DNA of 64,000 bases, from positions 1,069-65,068 of the forward strand of contig DAOMPM010000006.1 of NCBI GenBank assembly GCA_035444805.1, written 5' to 3'. A program made the translations under genes and the position numbers. The notes under the pieces are model-generated. The model saw only the letters and a list, made by a program, of their open reading frames with translations. It was not told the DNA's origin and did not search any database. Shown here one piece after another: positions 18,882 to 27,811 of the stretch (within the stretch, counting starts at the first letter, position 1; each line of letters starts with the position of its first letter). This DNA is from Luteimonas sp. (GTDB lineage: Bacteria; Pseudomonadota; Gammaproteobacteria; Xanthomonadales; Xanthomonadaceae).

Positions 18882-20732
18882 ATGGACGCGCAACCGCCCG
18901 GCACCGTCCGCCTGACCGCCGCCCAGGCCACCGTGCTCTGGCTGTCGGCGCAGCACGTCGTCGTCGACGGCGTGGAAGTGCCGTACTTCGCCGGCGCCTG
19001 GGCGATCTTCGGGCACGGCAACGTCGCCGCGCTGGGCGAGGCGCTGTACGCGGCGCGCGACGCGCTGCCCACCTTCCGCGCGCACAACGAACAGGCGATG
19101 GCACATGCCGCGATCGCCTATGCCAAGCAGATGCGGCGGCGGCGCGCGATGCTCTGCACCACGTCGATCGGACCCGGCGCGACGAACCTGGTCACCGCCG
19201 CCGCGCTCGCCCACGTCAACCGGCTGCCGGTGCTGCTGTTGCCCGGCGACGTCTATGCCAGCCGGCGCCCCGACCCGGTGCTGCAGCAAATCGAGGACTT
19301 CGGCGACGGCAACGTCTCGGCGAACGACTGCCTGCGTCCGGTGTCGCGCTGGTTCGACCGCATCACCCGGCCGGAGCAGATCCTCGACTCGCTGCCCAGG
19401 GCGCTGGCGACGCTGCTCGATCCAGCCGACTGCGGGCCGGCAACGCTGGCGTTCTGCCAGGACGTGCAGGCAGAGGCCTTCGACTATCCCGCGGACTTCT
19501 TCTCGCGCCGGGTCTGGCAGTTCCGCCGACAGCCGGCCGACCCGCGCGAGATCGACGCGCTCGCCGATGCCCTGCGCAACGCCAGGCGTCCGCTGCTGGT
19601 CGCCGGCGGCGGCGTGCTCTACAGCGGCGCGGAATCCTCGCTGACGGCGTTCGCGGAACGTACCGGCCTGGCGGTCGCCGAAACCCAGGCCGGCAAGGGC
19701 GCGCTACCGTGGAATCATGCCGGCGCCCTGGGATCGATCGGCGTAACCGGATCGAGTGCCGCCAACGCCGCCGCCGCGGACGCCGACGTGGTCGTCGGCA
19801 TCGGCACCCGGCTGCAGGACTTCACCACCGGCTCGCGCAGCCTGTTCCCCGACGCGCGACTGTTCCAGGTCAACGTGCAGACGTTCGACGCGCACAAGCA
19901 TGGCGCGACGCCCGTCGTCGGCGACGCACGTGCGGTGCTCGAAGCGCTCGATGCCGCGCTCGACGGCTGGCATTCGCCGCGCGGCGTCGACCGCGCGGCG
20001 GTGTCGCAATGGACCGCGGCGGTCGACGCGGCCACGCGCGGCGACGACACGACCAAGCTGCCCAGCGACGCCCAGGTCATCGGCGCGGTGCAGGCAGCGC
20101 TGGACGACGAGACCATCGTGGTCTGCGCCGCGGGCGGCCTGCCCGGCGAACTGCACAAGCTGTGGCGCACCGCGCGCAGCGACGGTTACCACCTCGAATA
20201 CGGCTACTCGTGCATGGGCTACGAGATCGCCGGCGGCCTTGGCGTGAAGCTGGCCGCACCTGAGCGCGAGGTGGTGGTGATGGTCGGCGACGGCAGCTAC
20301 CTGATGCTGAACTCCGAGCTGGCCACCTCGGTGATGCTTGGCCTGAAGCTGGTGGTGGTGCTGCTGGACAACCGCGGCTTCGGCTGCATCAACCGCCTGC
20401 AGCAGGCGACCGGCAGCCCCGGCTTCAACAACCTGCTGGCCGATGCGCACCACCAGGCGCTGCCCGACATCGACTTCGTCGGGCACGCGCGCAGCCTCGG
20501 CGCGAACGCCGAGAAAGCCGCGAACCTGGGCGAGCTGCGCGCCGCGCTGGCGCGCGCGCGCGACGCCGACCGCAGCACGGTGGTGGTCATCGACACCGAT
20601 CCGCTGAAGACCACCGAAGCCGGGGGCTGGTGGTGGGATGTCGCCATCCCGGAAGTCTCCGACCGCCCCGGCGTGAACGCCGCGCGCCGCGACTACGAGC
20701 AACGCGCGCGCATGAAGAGGAACCTGTCATGA
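18882..20732 (+). CDS. iolD: 3D-(3,5/4)-trihydroxycyclohexane-1,2-dione acylhydrolase
   Basis: IFGHGNVA, HNEQAMAH, TSIGPGATN, EYGYSCMGYEI, GDGSYLM ThDP motif. Confidence 0.95.
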   Translation: MDAQPPGTVRLTAAQATVLWLSAQHVVVDGVEVPYFAGAWAIFGHGNVAALGEALYAARDALPTFRAHNEQAMAHAAIAYAKQMRRRRAMLCTTSIGPGATNLVTAAALAHVNRLPVLLLPGDVYASRRPDPVLQQIEDFGDGNVSANDCLRPVSRWFDRITRPEQILDSLPRALATLLDPADCGPATLAFCQDVQAEAFDYPADFFSRRVWQFRRQPADPREIDALADALRNARRPLLVAGGGVLYSGAESSLTAFAERTGLAVAETQAGKGALPWNHAGALGSIGVTGSSAANAAAADADVVVGIGTRLQDFTTGSRSLFPDARLFQVNVQTFDAHKHGATPVVGDARAVLEALDAALDGWHSPRGVDRAAVSQWTAAVDAATRGDDTTKLPSDAQVIGAVQAALDDETIVVCAAGGLPGELHKLWRTARSDGYHLEYGYSCMGYEIAGGLGVKLAAPEREVVVMVGDGSYLMLNSELATSVMLGLKLVVVLLDNRGFGCINRLQQATGSPGFNNLLADAHHQALPDIDFVGHARSLGANAEKAANLGELRAALARARDADRSTVVVIDTDPLKTTEAGGWWWDVAIPEVSDRPGVNAARRDYEQRARMKRNLS

Positions 20733-21619
20733 GCATACGATTCGGCGTCAGCCCGATCGCCTGGGCCAACGACGACATGCCCGAGCTGGGCGGCGACACG
20801 CCGCTGGACAGCATCCTCGCCGACATCCGCGACGTCGGCTTCGAGGGCGTCGAGCTGGGCGGGAAGTTCCCGCGCGATGCCGCCGCGCTCAAGCCGCTGC
20901 TCGACGGCTACGGCCTCGACCTGATCGGCGGCTGGTACAGCGGCTCGCTGCTGGCGCAGGACGCCGACGCCGAGATCGCTGCACTGCAGCCGCACCTGCA
21001 GCTGCTCAAGGCAATGGGCAGCACCGTGTTCGTGTTCGCCGAGACCAGCAATGCGGTGCACGGCGACCGCAGCGTTGCGCTCACCGGCACGCCGCGCCTC
21101 GCCGAGGGCGACTGGCCCCGGTTCGGCGCGCGAATGACCGCGGTCGCCGACTACATCGCCGCGCAGGGACTGAGGTTCGCCTACCACCACCATCTGGGCA
21201 CGGTGGTCGAGCGCGCTGCGGACATGGACGCCTTCATCCGCCACACCGGGCCCTCGGTCGGCTTCACGCTCGATACCGGCCACGCTGCGCTCGGCGGCGT
21301 CGACTATCTCGGGGTGATCCGCGGGCATCCGAAGCGCATCGCACACGTCCACTGCAAGGACTTCCGTGCCGACACGTATCGCAGGCTGCGCGACAGCGGC
21401 GCTAGCTTCCTCGACGGCGTGCTCGCCGGCATGTTCACCGTGCCCGGCGACGGCGGCATCGACTACGGCGAAGTGATGCGCGCGCTGGCCGGGATCGGCT
21501 ACGAAGGCTGGATCGTGATCGAGGCGGAGCAGGATCCAGCCGCCGCGCCGCCCAAGCCCTACGCGGAGCTTGGCCTGCGCACGCTCAAGGCCGCGGCCAC
21601 GCAGGCGGGGTTGGCCTGA
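20729..21619 (+). CDS. iolE: myo-inosose-2 dehydratase
   Basis: GVSPIAWANDDMPELG, YHHHLGT, DTGH, HVHCKD, FTVPGDG, IEAEQDP. Confidence 0.95.
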   Translation: MSIRFGVSPIAWANDDMPELGGDTPLDSILADIRDVGFEGVELGGKFPRDAAALKPLLDGYGLDLIGGWYSGSLLAQDADAEIAALQPHLQLLKAMGSTVFVFAETSNAVHGDRSVALTGTPRLAEGDWPRFGARMTAVADYIAAQGLRFAYHHHLGTVVERAADMDAFIRHTGPSVGFTLDTGHAALGGVDYLGVIRGHPKRIAHVHCKDFRADTYRRLRDSGASFLDGVLAGMFTVPGDGGIDYGEVMRALAGIGYEGWIVIEAEQDPAAAPPKPYAELGLRTLKAAATQAGLA

Positions 21620-22440
21620 TGTCGCGCCTGCATGTCCGCCCGCACCCGCCCGCCGCCGACGGCACCGTGCTGTCGGTGACGCCGGAAAGCGCCGGCTGGT
21701 CGCACGTCGGCTTCCGGGTCGCGAAGCTGTCCGACGGGCAGCGCCACGACGGCGGCGAGGCCGGGCGCGAAACCTGCCTGGTGCTGGTTGCCGGCAGCGC
21801 GGACATCGTCGCCGGCGAGCATCGCTTCGACGGCGTCGGCGGCCGCGCGTCGCCGTTCGACGACCGCGCCCCGGGCGCGGTGTACGTGCCGGCCGGCGTG
21901 ACCTGGTCGGTACTCGCCCGCGGCGACGCCGAACTCGCGGTCTGCACCGCGCCGGGCAGCGGCGGCCGTGCGCCGCGGCTGATTGGCGACGCCGAGATGC
22001 CGCGCGAGATCCGCGGCAGCGGCACCAACACCCGCCACGTGCGCAACATCCTGCCGGAGACCGAACCGGCCGACGGCCTGCTGGTGGTCGAGGTGATCAC
22101 CCCCGCCGGCCACTGGTCCAGCTATCCGCCGCACAAGCACGACACCGCCACGCCCGGCGAGGAAACCGTGCTTGAGGAAACCTACTACCACCGCACCCGG
22201 CCGCGGCAGGGATTCGCGTTCCAGCGCGTCTACAGCGCCGACCGCGCGCTCGACGAGGCCATCGCGGTCGAGGACGGCGACGTGGTGATGGTGCCGCGCG
22301 GTTACCACCCGGTCGGCGCCGCGCACGGCTACGACCTGTACTACCTCAACGTCATGGCCGGCCCCGAGCGGCGCTGGCTGTTCCGCACCGATCCCGACCA
22401 CGCCTGGATCATCGCGCCTCCCCCAAGCCCCGGATCATGA
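21619..22440 (+). CDS. iolB: 5-deoxy-glucuronate isomerase
   Basis: VEVITPAGHWSSYPPHKHD, LEETYYH, VPRGYHP, YYLNVMAG. Confidence 0.95.
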   Translation: MSRLHVRPHPPAADGTVLSVTPESAGWSHVGFRVAKLSDGQRHDGGEAGRETCLVLVAGSADIVAGEHRFDGVGGRASPFDDRAPGAVYVPAGVTWSVLARGDAELAVCTAPGSGGRAPRLIGDAEMPREIRGSGTNTRHVRNILPETEPADGLLVVEVITPAGHWSSYPPHKHDTATPGEETVLEETYYHRTRPRQGFAFQRVYSADRALDEAIAVEDGDVVMVPRGYHPVGAAHGYDLYYLNVMAGPERRWLFRTDPDHAWIIAPPPSPGS

Positions 22441-23942
22441 GCATGCGCAACATCGAGCACTTCATCGACGGCCGCATCGTCGCCGGAACCTCCGGCCGAC
22501 ACGGCGACGTCTTCGACCCAAACAGCGGCCGCGTGCAGGCGAAGGTGGCGCTGGCTTCAGCGGCGGAACTCGACAAGGCCGTCGCCTGCGCCGCCGCCGC
22601 GCAGCCCGGCTGGGCGGCTGTCAACCCGCAGCGTCGCGCGCGGGTGATGTTCGAGTTCAGGCGCCTGCTCGAGGCGAACATGGAGGAGCTGGCCGCGCTG
22701 CTGTCGTCCGAGCACGGCAAGGTGCTGTCGGACGCGCGCGGCGACCTGCAGCGCGGGCTGGAGGTGATCGAATTCTCGTGCGGCATCCCGCACCTGCTCA
22801 AGGGCGAATACACCCAGGGCGCCGGCCCGGGCATCGACGTGTACTCGATGCGCCAGCCGCTGGGGGTGGTCGCCGGCATCACCCCGTTCAACTTCCCGGC
22901 GATGATCCCGATGTGGATGTTCGGCCCGGCGATCGCGTCGGGCAACGCCTTCATCCTCAAGCCCTCCGAGCGCGACCCGTCGGTCCCGGTCCGCCTCGCC
23001 GAACTGATGATCGAAGCCGGCCTGCCCGAAGGCGTGCTCAACGTGGTCCACGGCGACAAGGAGAGTGTCGACGCGATCCTGCGCCATCCCGGCATCAAGG
23101 CGGTCAGCTTCGTTGGTTCGTCCGACATCGCGCAATACGTCTGTGGACAGGGCGCGGCGCACGGCAAGCGCGTGCAGTGCATGGGCGGCGCCAAGAACCA
23201 CGGCATCGTGCTGCCCGACGCCGACCTCGACCACGCGGTGGCCGACATCATTGGCGCCGCCTACGGCTCCGCCGGTGAACGCTGCATGGCGCTGCCGGTG
23301 GTGGTGGCCGTGGGCGCGGCGACCGCGGACGCGCTGCGCGAGCGGCTGCTCGCCGCCATCGCGAAGCTTCGCTTCGGCGTCTCCACCGATCCGGACGCGC
23401 AGTACGGGCCGGTGGTCACCGCCGCGCACAAGGCGCGGATCGAGCAGTACATCCAGATCGGCGTCGACGAGGGCGCGGAACTGGTGGTTGACGGCCGCGG
23501 CTTCTCGCTGCCGGGGCACGAAGGCGGCTTCTTCCTCGGCCCCACCCTGTTCGACCGGGTCACATCGGACATGCAGACCTGGCGCGAGGAGATCTTCGGC
23601 CCGGTCCTGCAGATCATGCGCGCGGAAACGCTTGAGCAAGCCATCGCGCTGCCGACCACCCACCAGTACGGCAACGGCGTTGCGATCTTCACCCGCAACG
23701 GCGATGCCGCGCGCGAGTTCGCCGACCGGGTCGAGGTCGGCATGGTCGGCATCAACGTGCCGATCCCGGTGCCGGTGGCCTACCACAGCTTCGGCGGCTG
23801 GAAGCGCTCCGGCTTCGCCGACCTCAATCAGTACGGCATGGACGGCGTGCGCTTTTATACGCGCACCAAGGTGGTGACCCAGCGCTGGCCGCGCGACGGG
23901 GCCTCCGTCGGCAGCGCGTTCGTGATCCCGACGATGCAGTAG
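22437..23942 (+). CDS. iolA: Malonate/methylmalonate-semialdehyde dehydrogenase (CoA-acylating)
   Basis: ITPFNFPAMIP, KPSERDP, FVGSS, GGAKNH, GERCMA, EEIFGP, GINVPIP. Confidence 0.93.
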   Translation: MSMRNIEHFIDGRIVAGTSGRHGDVFDPNSGRVQAKVALASAAELDKAVACAAAAQPGWAAVNPQRRARVMFEFRRLLEANMEELAALLSSEHGKVLSDARGDLQRGLEVIEFSCGIPHLLKGEYTQGAGPGIDVYSMRQPLGVVAGITPFNFPAMIPMWMFGPAIASGNAFILKPSERDPSVPVRLAELMIEAGLPEGVLNVVHGDKESVDAILRHPGIKAVSFVGSSDIAQYVCGQGAAHGKRVQCMGGAKNHGIVLPDADLDHAVADIIGAAYGSAGERCMALPVVVAVGAATADALRERLLAAIAKLRFGVSTDPDAQYGPVVTAAHKARIEQYIQIGVDEGAELVVDGRGFSLPGHEGGFFLGPTLFDRVTSDMQTWREEIFGPVLQIMRAETLEQAIALPTTHQYGNGVAIFTRNGDAAREFADRVEVGMVGINVPIPVPVAYHSFGGWKRSGFADLNQYGMDGVRFYTRTKVVTQRWPRDGASVGSAFVIPTMQ

Positions 23943-24017
23943 CGGCATCGCCGGCGCGGCGCCGGGTTCGATCCATACCAGGGCAGGCGCCGTGAGCCGG
24001 TCCGGACACCAGGGGAA

Positions 24018-25373
24018 ATGCATTCCATGGCTTCCAGGCTGCTGAAATTCTTCGCAACCGGCGAGGACAAGCCGTTGATCGCCGACCAGGCGACCGTCGA
24101 CGCCATGTTCCGCAAGCACCGCTTCCGGGTGATGCTGGCGATCACCCTCGGCTACGGCGTGATCTACACCTGCCGCCTGGCGCTGGGGGTGGTGAAGAAG
24201 CCGTTGATCGACGAAGGCATCTTCAGCCCGGTGGAACTGGGCATGATCGGTTCGGCGCTCTACTACGCCTACGCGATCGGCAAGCTGACCAACGGCTTCC
24301 TCGCCGACCACGCCAACATGAAGCGGTTCCTCGCGGTGTCGTTCGTGCTCACGGCACTGTGCAACTTCGCGATGGGCCTGACCACGACCGTGTGGCTGGC
24401 GGTGATGATCTGGGGCCTGAACGGCTGGTTCCAGAGCTTCGGCGCACCGGGCGGCGTGGTCGCGATGACGGCGTGGTTCTCCAACCACGAGCGCGGTCGT
24501 GCCTACGGCATCTGGAGCACCGCGCATTCGATCGGCGAGGGGCTGACCTTCGTCGGCGTGGGCAGCGTGGTGGCTTGGCTGGGATGGCGCTGGGGCTACT
24601 TCGTGCCGGCGATGTTCGGCCTCGCCGCGGCCGCGATGATGTACTGGCTGGTGCAGGACCGGCCGCGCACGATGGGGCTGCCCAACGTCAACGACTGGAA
24701 GAACGACCACTTCCAGGCGAAGCCGAAGGCGGACATCAAGTCGGTCCTCGCCCTGCAGCTCTCGATCCTCAGGATCCCGGCGATCTGGGTGCTGTGCCTG
24801 TCTGCGGCAACGATCTACGTGACCCGCTACGCGATCAACTCGTGGGGCATCCTCTACCTGCAGGAGGAGCACGGCCTGTCGCTGCCGATGGCGGGTACGG
24901 TGCTGATGACCAGCACCCTGGCCGGCATCGCCGGCGCGGTCGCCTACGGGTTCACTTCCGACCTGGTGTTCAAGGCGCGCCGTCCGCCGACCAACCTGCT
25001 GTTCGCGATGCTCGAGATCGCCGGTCTGCTGCTGTTCTTCTACGGCCCCGGCACGATGCCGGCGCTGATCACCGGGATGGTGCTGTTCGGCGTCGGCCTG
25101 ACCGGCCTGGTCACCTCGCTCGGCGGGCTGTTCGCGGTCGACATCGCGCCCAAGCGCGTGGCCGGGGCGGCGATGGGCGTGATCGGCATCTTCGCCTACA
25201 TCGGCGCGGGCGTGCAGGAGTACGTCTCCGGCAAGCTGATCGAGGAAGGCATGACCATGGTCGACGGCGTGCGGGTGTACGACTTCGATCCGGTCATCGT
25301 GTTCTGGGTCGGCGCGTCGGTGGTGTCGATGCTGCTCGCGGCCAGCCTCTGGCGCACCGCACTGAGGGATTGA
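24018..25373 (+). CDS. MFS organophosphate:Pi antiporter (OPA family, GlpT/UhpT/PgtP-like)
   Basis: About 12 TM; YTCR, IGKLTNGFLAD, NGWFQ, ERG..GIWSTAHSIG, YVTRYAINSW align by eye with GlpT motifs. Confidence 0.85.
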   Translation: MHSMASRLLKFFATGEDKPLIADQATVDAMFRKHRFRVMLAITLGYGVIYTCRLALGVVKKPLIDEGIFSPVELGMIGSALYYAYAIGKLTNGFLADHANMKRFLAVSFVLTALCNFAMGLTTTVWLAVMIWGLNGWFQSFGAPGGVVAMTAWFSNHERGRAYGIWSTAHSIGEGLTFVGVGSVVAWLGWRWGYFVPAMFGLAAAAMMYWLVQDRPRTMGLPNVNDWKNDHFQAKPKADIKSVLALQLSILRIPAIWVLCLSAATIYVTRYAINSWGILYLQEEHGLSLPMAGTVLMTSTLAGIAGAVAYGFTSDLVFKARRPPTNLLFAMLEIAGLLLFFYGPGTMPALITGMVLFGVGLTGLVTSLGGLFAVDIAPKRVAGAAMGVIGIFAYIGAGVQEYVSGKLIEEGMTMVDGVRVYDFDPVIVFWVGASVVSMLLAASLWRTALRD

Positions 25374-25380
25374 TCCGGAG

Positions 25381-26202
25381 ATGGCGATCGATGCATCCAG
25401 CGAATTGAAGGCCATGGTCGACGCCGCCCGCGCGGCTGGCGAGGGACTGCTGCGGCATTTTTCGCAGCTCGCCGACCTGGAGGTACAGACTAAGGCCGGC
25501 CCGACCGACCTGGTGTCGATTGCCGATGAAGAGGCCGAACGCACCGTGCGTTCGCTGCTGGCGGCGGCGCGTCCCGCGTACGCGTTCCTCGGCGAGGAGA
25601 GCGGCATCGGCGGCGGCGGTGACCTTTCGCAGTGCTGGATCGTCGACCCGCTCGACGGCACCACCAACTTCCTGTTCGGTGGTCCACTGTGGGGCGTGAA
25701 CGTCGCGCTGGCGCGCGACGGCGAGGTCGTCGCCGGCGTGACCTACCTGCCGGTGCACGATGAACTGTTCGTCGCCGAGCGCGGCAAGGGCGCGTGGCTG
25801 GGCAACCGCCGCATCCGGGTATCGACCCGCCGCACGCTGATCCAGAGCGTGCTCGCCTGCGGCATCCCCTACGCCGACAAGCCCGACCACCCGGTCTTCG
25901 CCAGGGAGATGGCGCTGCTCAGCGCCAAGGTCGCCGGCATCCGGCGCACCGGCGCCTGCTCCATCGACATGGCGTACGTCGCGGCCGGGCGCTGGGACGC
26001 GTACTGGGAACGTGCGCTCAACGCCTGGGACATGGCGCCGGGCGTGATCCTGGTCGAGGAGGCGGGCGGCATCGCGACCTCGGTCACCGGCGCCGCGCTT
26101 GACCTGGACGCAGGCAACGTCTGCGTCAGCAACGGAGCGATCCACACCGCTCTGCTCGACCGGCTCAACGAAGCGCTCCACCCGGGGGAGAACACAACAT
26201 GA
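25381..26202 (+). CDS. Inositol monophosphatase family protein
   Basis: GEESG, WIVDPLDGTTNF, WDMAPG motifs. Confidence 0.93.
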   Translation: MAIDASSELKAMVDAARAAGEGLLRHFSQLADLEVQTKAGPTDLVSIADEEAERTVRSLLAAARPAYAFLGEESGIGGGGDLSQCWIVDPLDGTTNFLFGGPLWGVNVALARDGEVVAGVTYLPVHDELFVAERGKGAWLGNRRIRVSTRRTLIQSVLACGIPYADKPDHPVFAREMALLSAKVAGIRRTGACSIDMAYVAAGRWDAYWERALNAWDMAPGVILVEEAGGIATSVTGAALDLDAGNVCVSNGAIHTALLDRLNEALHPGENTT

Positions 26203-27641
26203 AGCTGCAGCGCCGTACCTTCCTCGCCGCGACCGGACTGGCCGGCATGTTCGGGGCCATGCCCAGGGTGCTGGCCAGGGCGCTCGGCTATCCGCGGGCA
26301 CTTCAGGGCCCGATGCTCGGCGCACCGGGCCCGCACCAGCTGTCGGTCTGGGTGCGCGCCAGCGGCGCCTTCGAAGTCCTGCTGGAAGTCGCGGCCGACC
26401 GCGAGTTCCGGCGCGTGGTGCAGACCGCGAGCGCGGTGGCGTCGCCGGAGGACGACTGCTGCCTGGTGCTGCGCGCCGAAGGCCTGCAGCCCGACACCGA
26501 CTACTGGTACCGCCTGAAGTACGACGGCGTCGGCGACCGCTACCAGTTCCTGCCGCACCGCGCCAGGACCGCGCCGGCGGGCGCGGCTGCGTTCCGGGTC
26601 GCATTCGGCTCCTGCTGCCGCATCCAGTACGACCCGCAGCAGCGCATCTGGAACACCGTCCGCGCGCTCGAACCGGACATGTTCCTGTGGCTCGGCGACA
26701 ACATCTACGCCGACAGCGACCAGCCCGCGGCGATCACCGATCTCTACGCCCGAGGCCGCGTGGTGCCGAACCTGGAGCCGCTGCTGCGCTCGGTGCCACA
26801 GCTGGCCACCTGGGATGACCACGATTTCGGCTACAACGATTCCGACGGCCTCAATCCGGTCAAACGCGAGTCGCTGCGCATCTTCAAACGCTTCTGGGCG
26901 AACCCGTCCTACGGCGAGCGGGACAATCCAGGCATCTACTTCAAGCAGCACTATGGCGGCGTCGATTTCTTCGTGCTCGACGGGCGCTACCATCGCGATC
27001 CGACCGACAGGCCCGACAACGCGGGCAAGACCATGCTCGGCGCCAGGCAGAAGGCCTGGCTCAAGCGCGAGCTCAAGGCCAGCACCGCGCCGTTCAAGGT
27101 GCTCGCGATCGGCGGCGGCTGGTCGTCGGCCGAAAACGAGAAGGGCGGCGATTCGTGGGCGGTCTACATGACCGAGCGCAACGAAATCTTCGACTTCATC
27201 CGCGACCAGGACATCGGCGGCGTAGTCTGCATCTCCGGCGATTCGCACATGGGCGAGCTCAACTGCGTTCCGTGGTCGGAGCGCGGCGGCTACGACATCT
27301 ACGACCTGTGCTCGTCGCCGCTGGCGCAGATGCCCGCGTCCAAGCACACCCGCCAGGCCCCGGAAGTACGCGTGCGCGATGTATGGACGCGGTCGGTGAA
27401 CGTCGGCCTGCTGCACTTCGACCTGACCGGGGCCACGCCAACACTCACCTGCACCCTGCACGACGATCTGAGCGAGGCGGTGTGGGAGCCGCTGGTGCTC
27501 ACCCCCGACGACCTGAAGAACGGCGCCCGCACCTGGGACAGCAAGTCAGACCCAGTGGAACTGCAGCGGCTGGAGCGGTTCAGGCGCGGCGGCGGCTACT
27601 ACGGCTTCGATCCGCCGGAGGGCTGGCCCGGGGCCCGTTAA
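26199..27641 (+). CDS. phoD: PhoD-family alkaline phosphatase with Tat signal
   Basis: RRTFLA twin-arginine signal; FGSC, WLGDNIYAD, TWDDHD, LDGRY, ISGDSH motifs; ATGA overlap with IMPase. Confidence 0.85.
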   Translation: MKLQRRTFLAATGLAGMFGAMPRVLARALGYPRALQGPMLGAPGPHQLSVWVRASGAFEVLLEVAADREFRRVVQTASAVASPEDDCCLVLRAEGLQPDTDYWYRLKYDGVGDRYQFLPHRARTAPAGAAAFRVAFGSCCRIQYDPQQRIWNTVRALEPDMFLWLGDNIYADSDQPAAITDLYARGRVVPNLEPLLRSVPQLATWDDHDFGYNDSDGLNPVKRESLRIFKRFWANPSYGERDNPGIYFKQHYGGVDFFVLDGRYHRDPTDRPDNAGKTMLGARQKAWLKRELKASTAPFKVLAIGGGWSSAENEKGGDSWAVYMTERNEIFDFIRDQDIGGVVCISGDSHMGELNCVPWSERGGYDIYDLCSSPLAQMPASKHTRQAPEVRVRDVWTRSVNVGLLHFDLTGATPTLTCTLHDDLSEAVWEPLVLTPDDLKNGARTWDSKSDPVELQRLERFRRGGGYYGFDPPEGWPGAR

Positions 27642-27678
27642 CCCCTGGAGCATTTTCGACTCAAGTGGCTACAGTCTC

Positions 27679-27781
27679 GTCATTCCCGCGAAAGCGGGAA
27701 TCCAGCTTTTTCTTGCGCAAGGTCCATGGATAACCAGACATCCGTTTGTTGAAAAGCGATTCCCGCTTTGGCGGAAATGAC
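27679..27781. repeat. GTCATTCCCGCG-type palindromic doublet between convergent genes
   Basis: GTCATTCCCGCGAAAGCGGGAATCCA and degenerate inverse GATTCCCGCTTTGGCGGAAATGAC. Confidence 0.8.
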
Positions 27782-27811
27782 GATGTTGTGAGTGTTTGAC
27801 ACGAATTTGCC

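Noticed and set aside
22557-25667. 1036-aa reverse-strand ORF (likewise 35947-38922, 58637-61870, 4869-6785, 46290-48593 and many others)
   Set aside because: Shadow ORFs antisense or out of frame to well-supported genes. High GC suppresses stop codons, and the translations are R/A/G/P-rich with no motifs.
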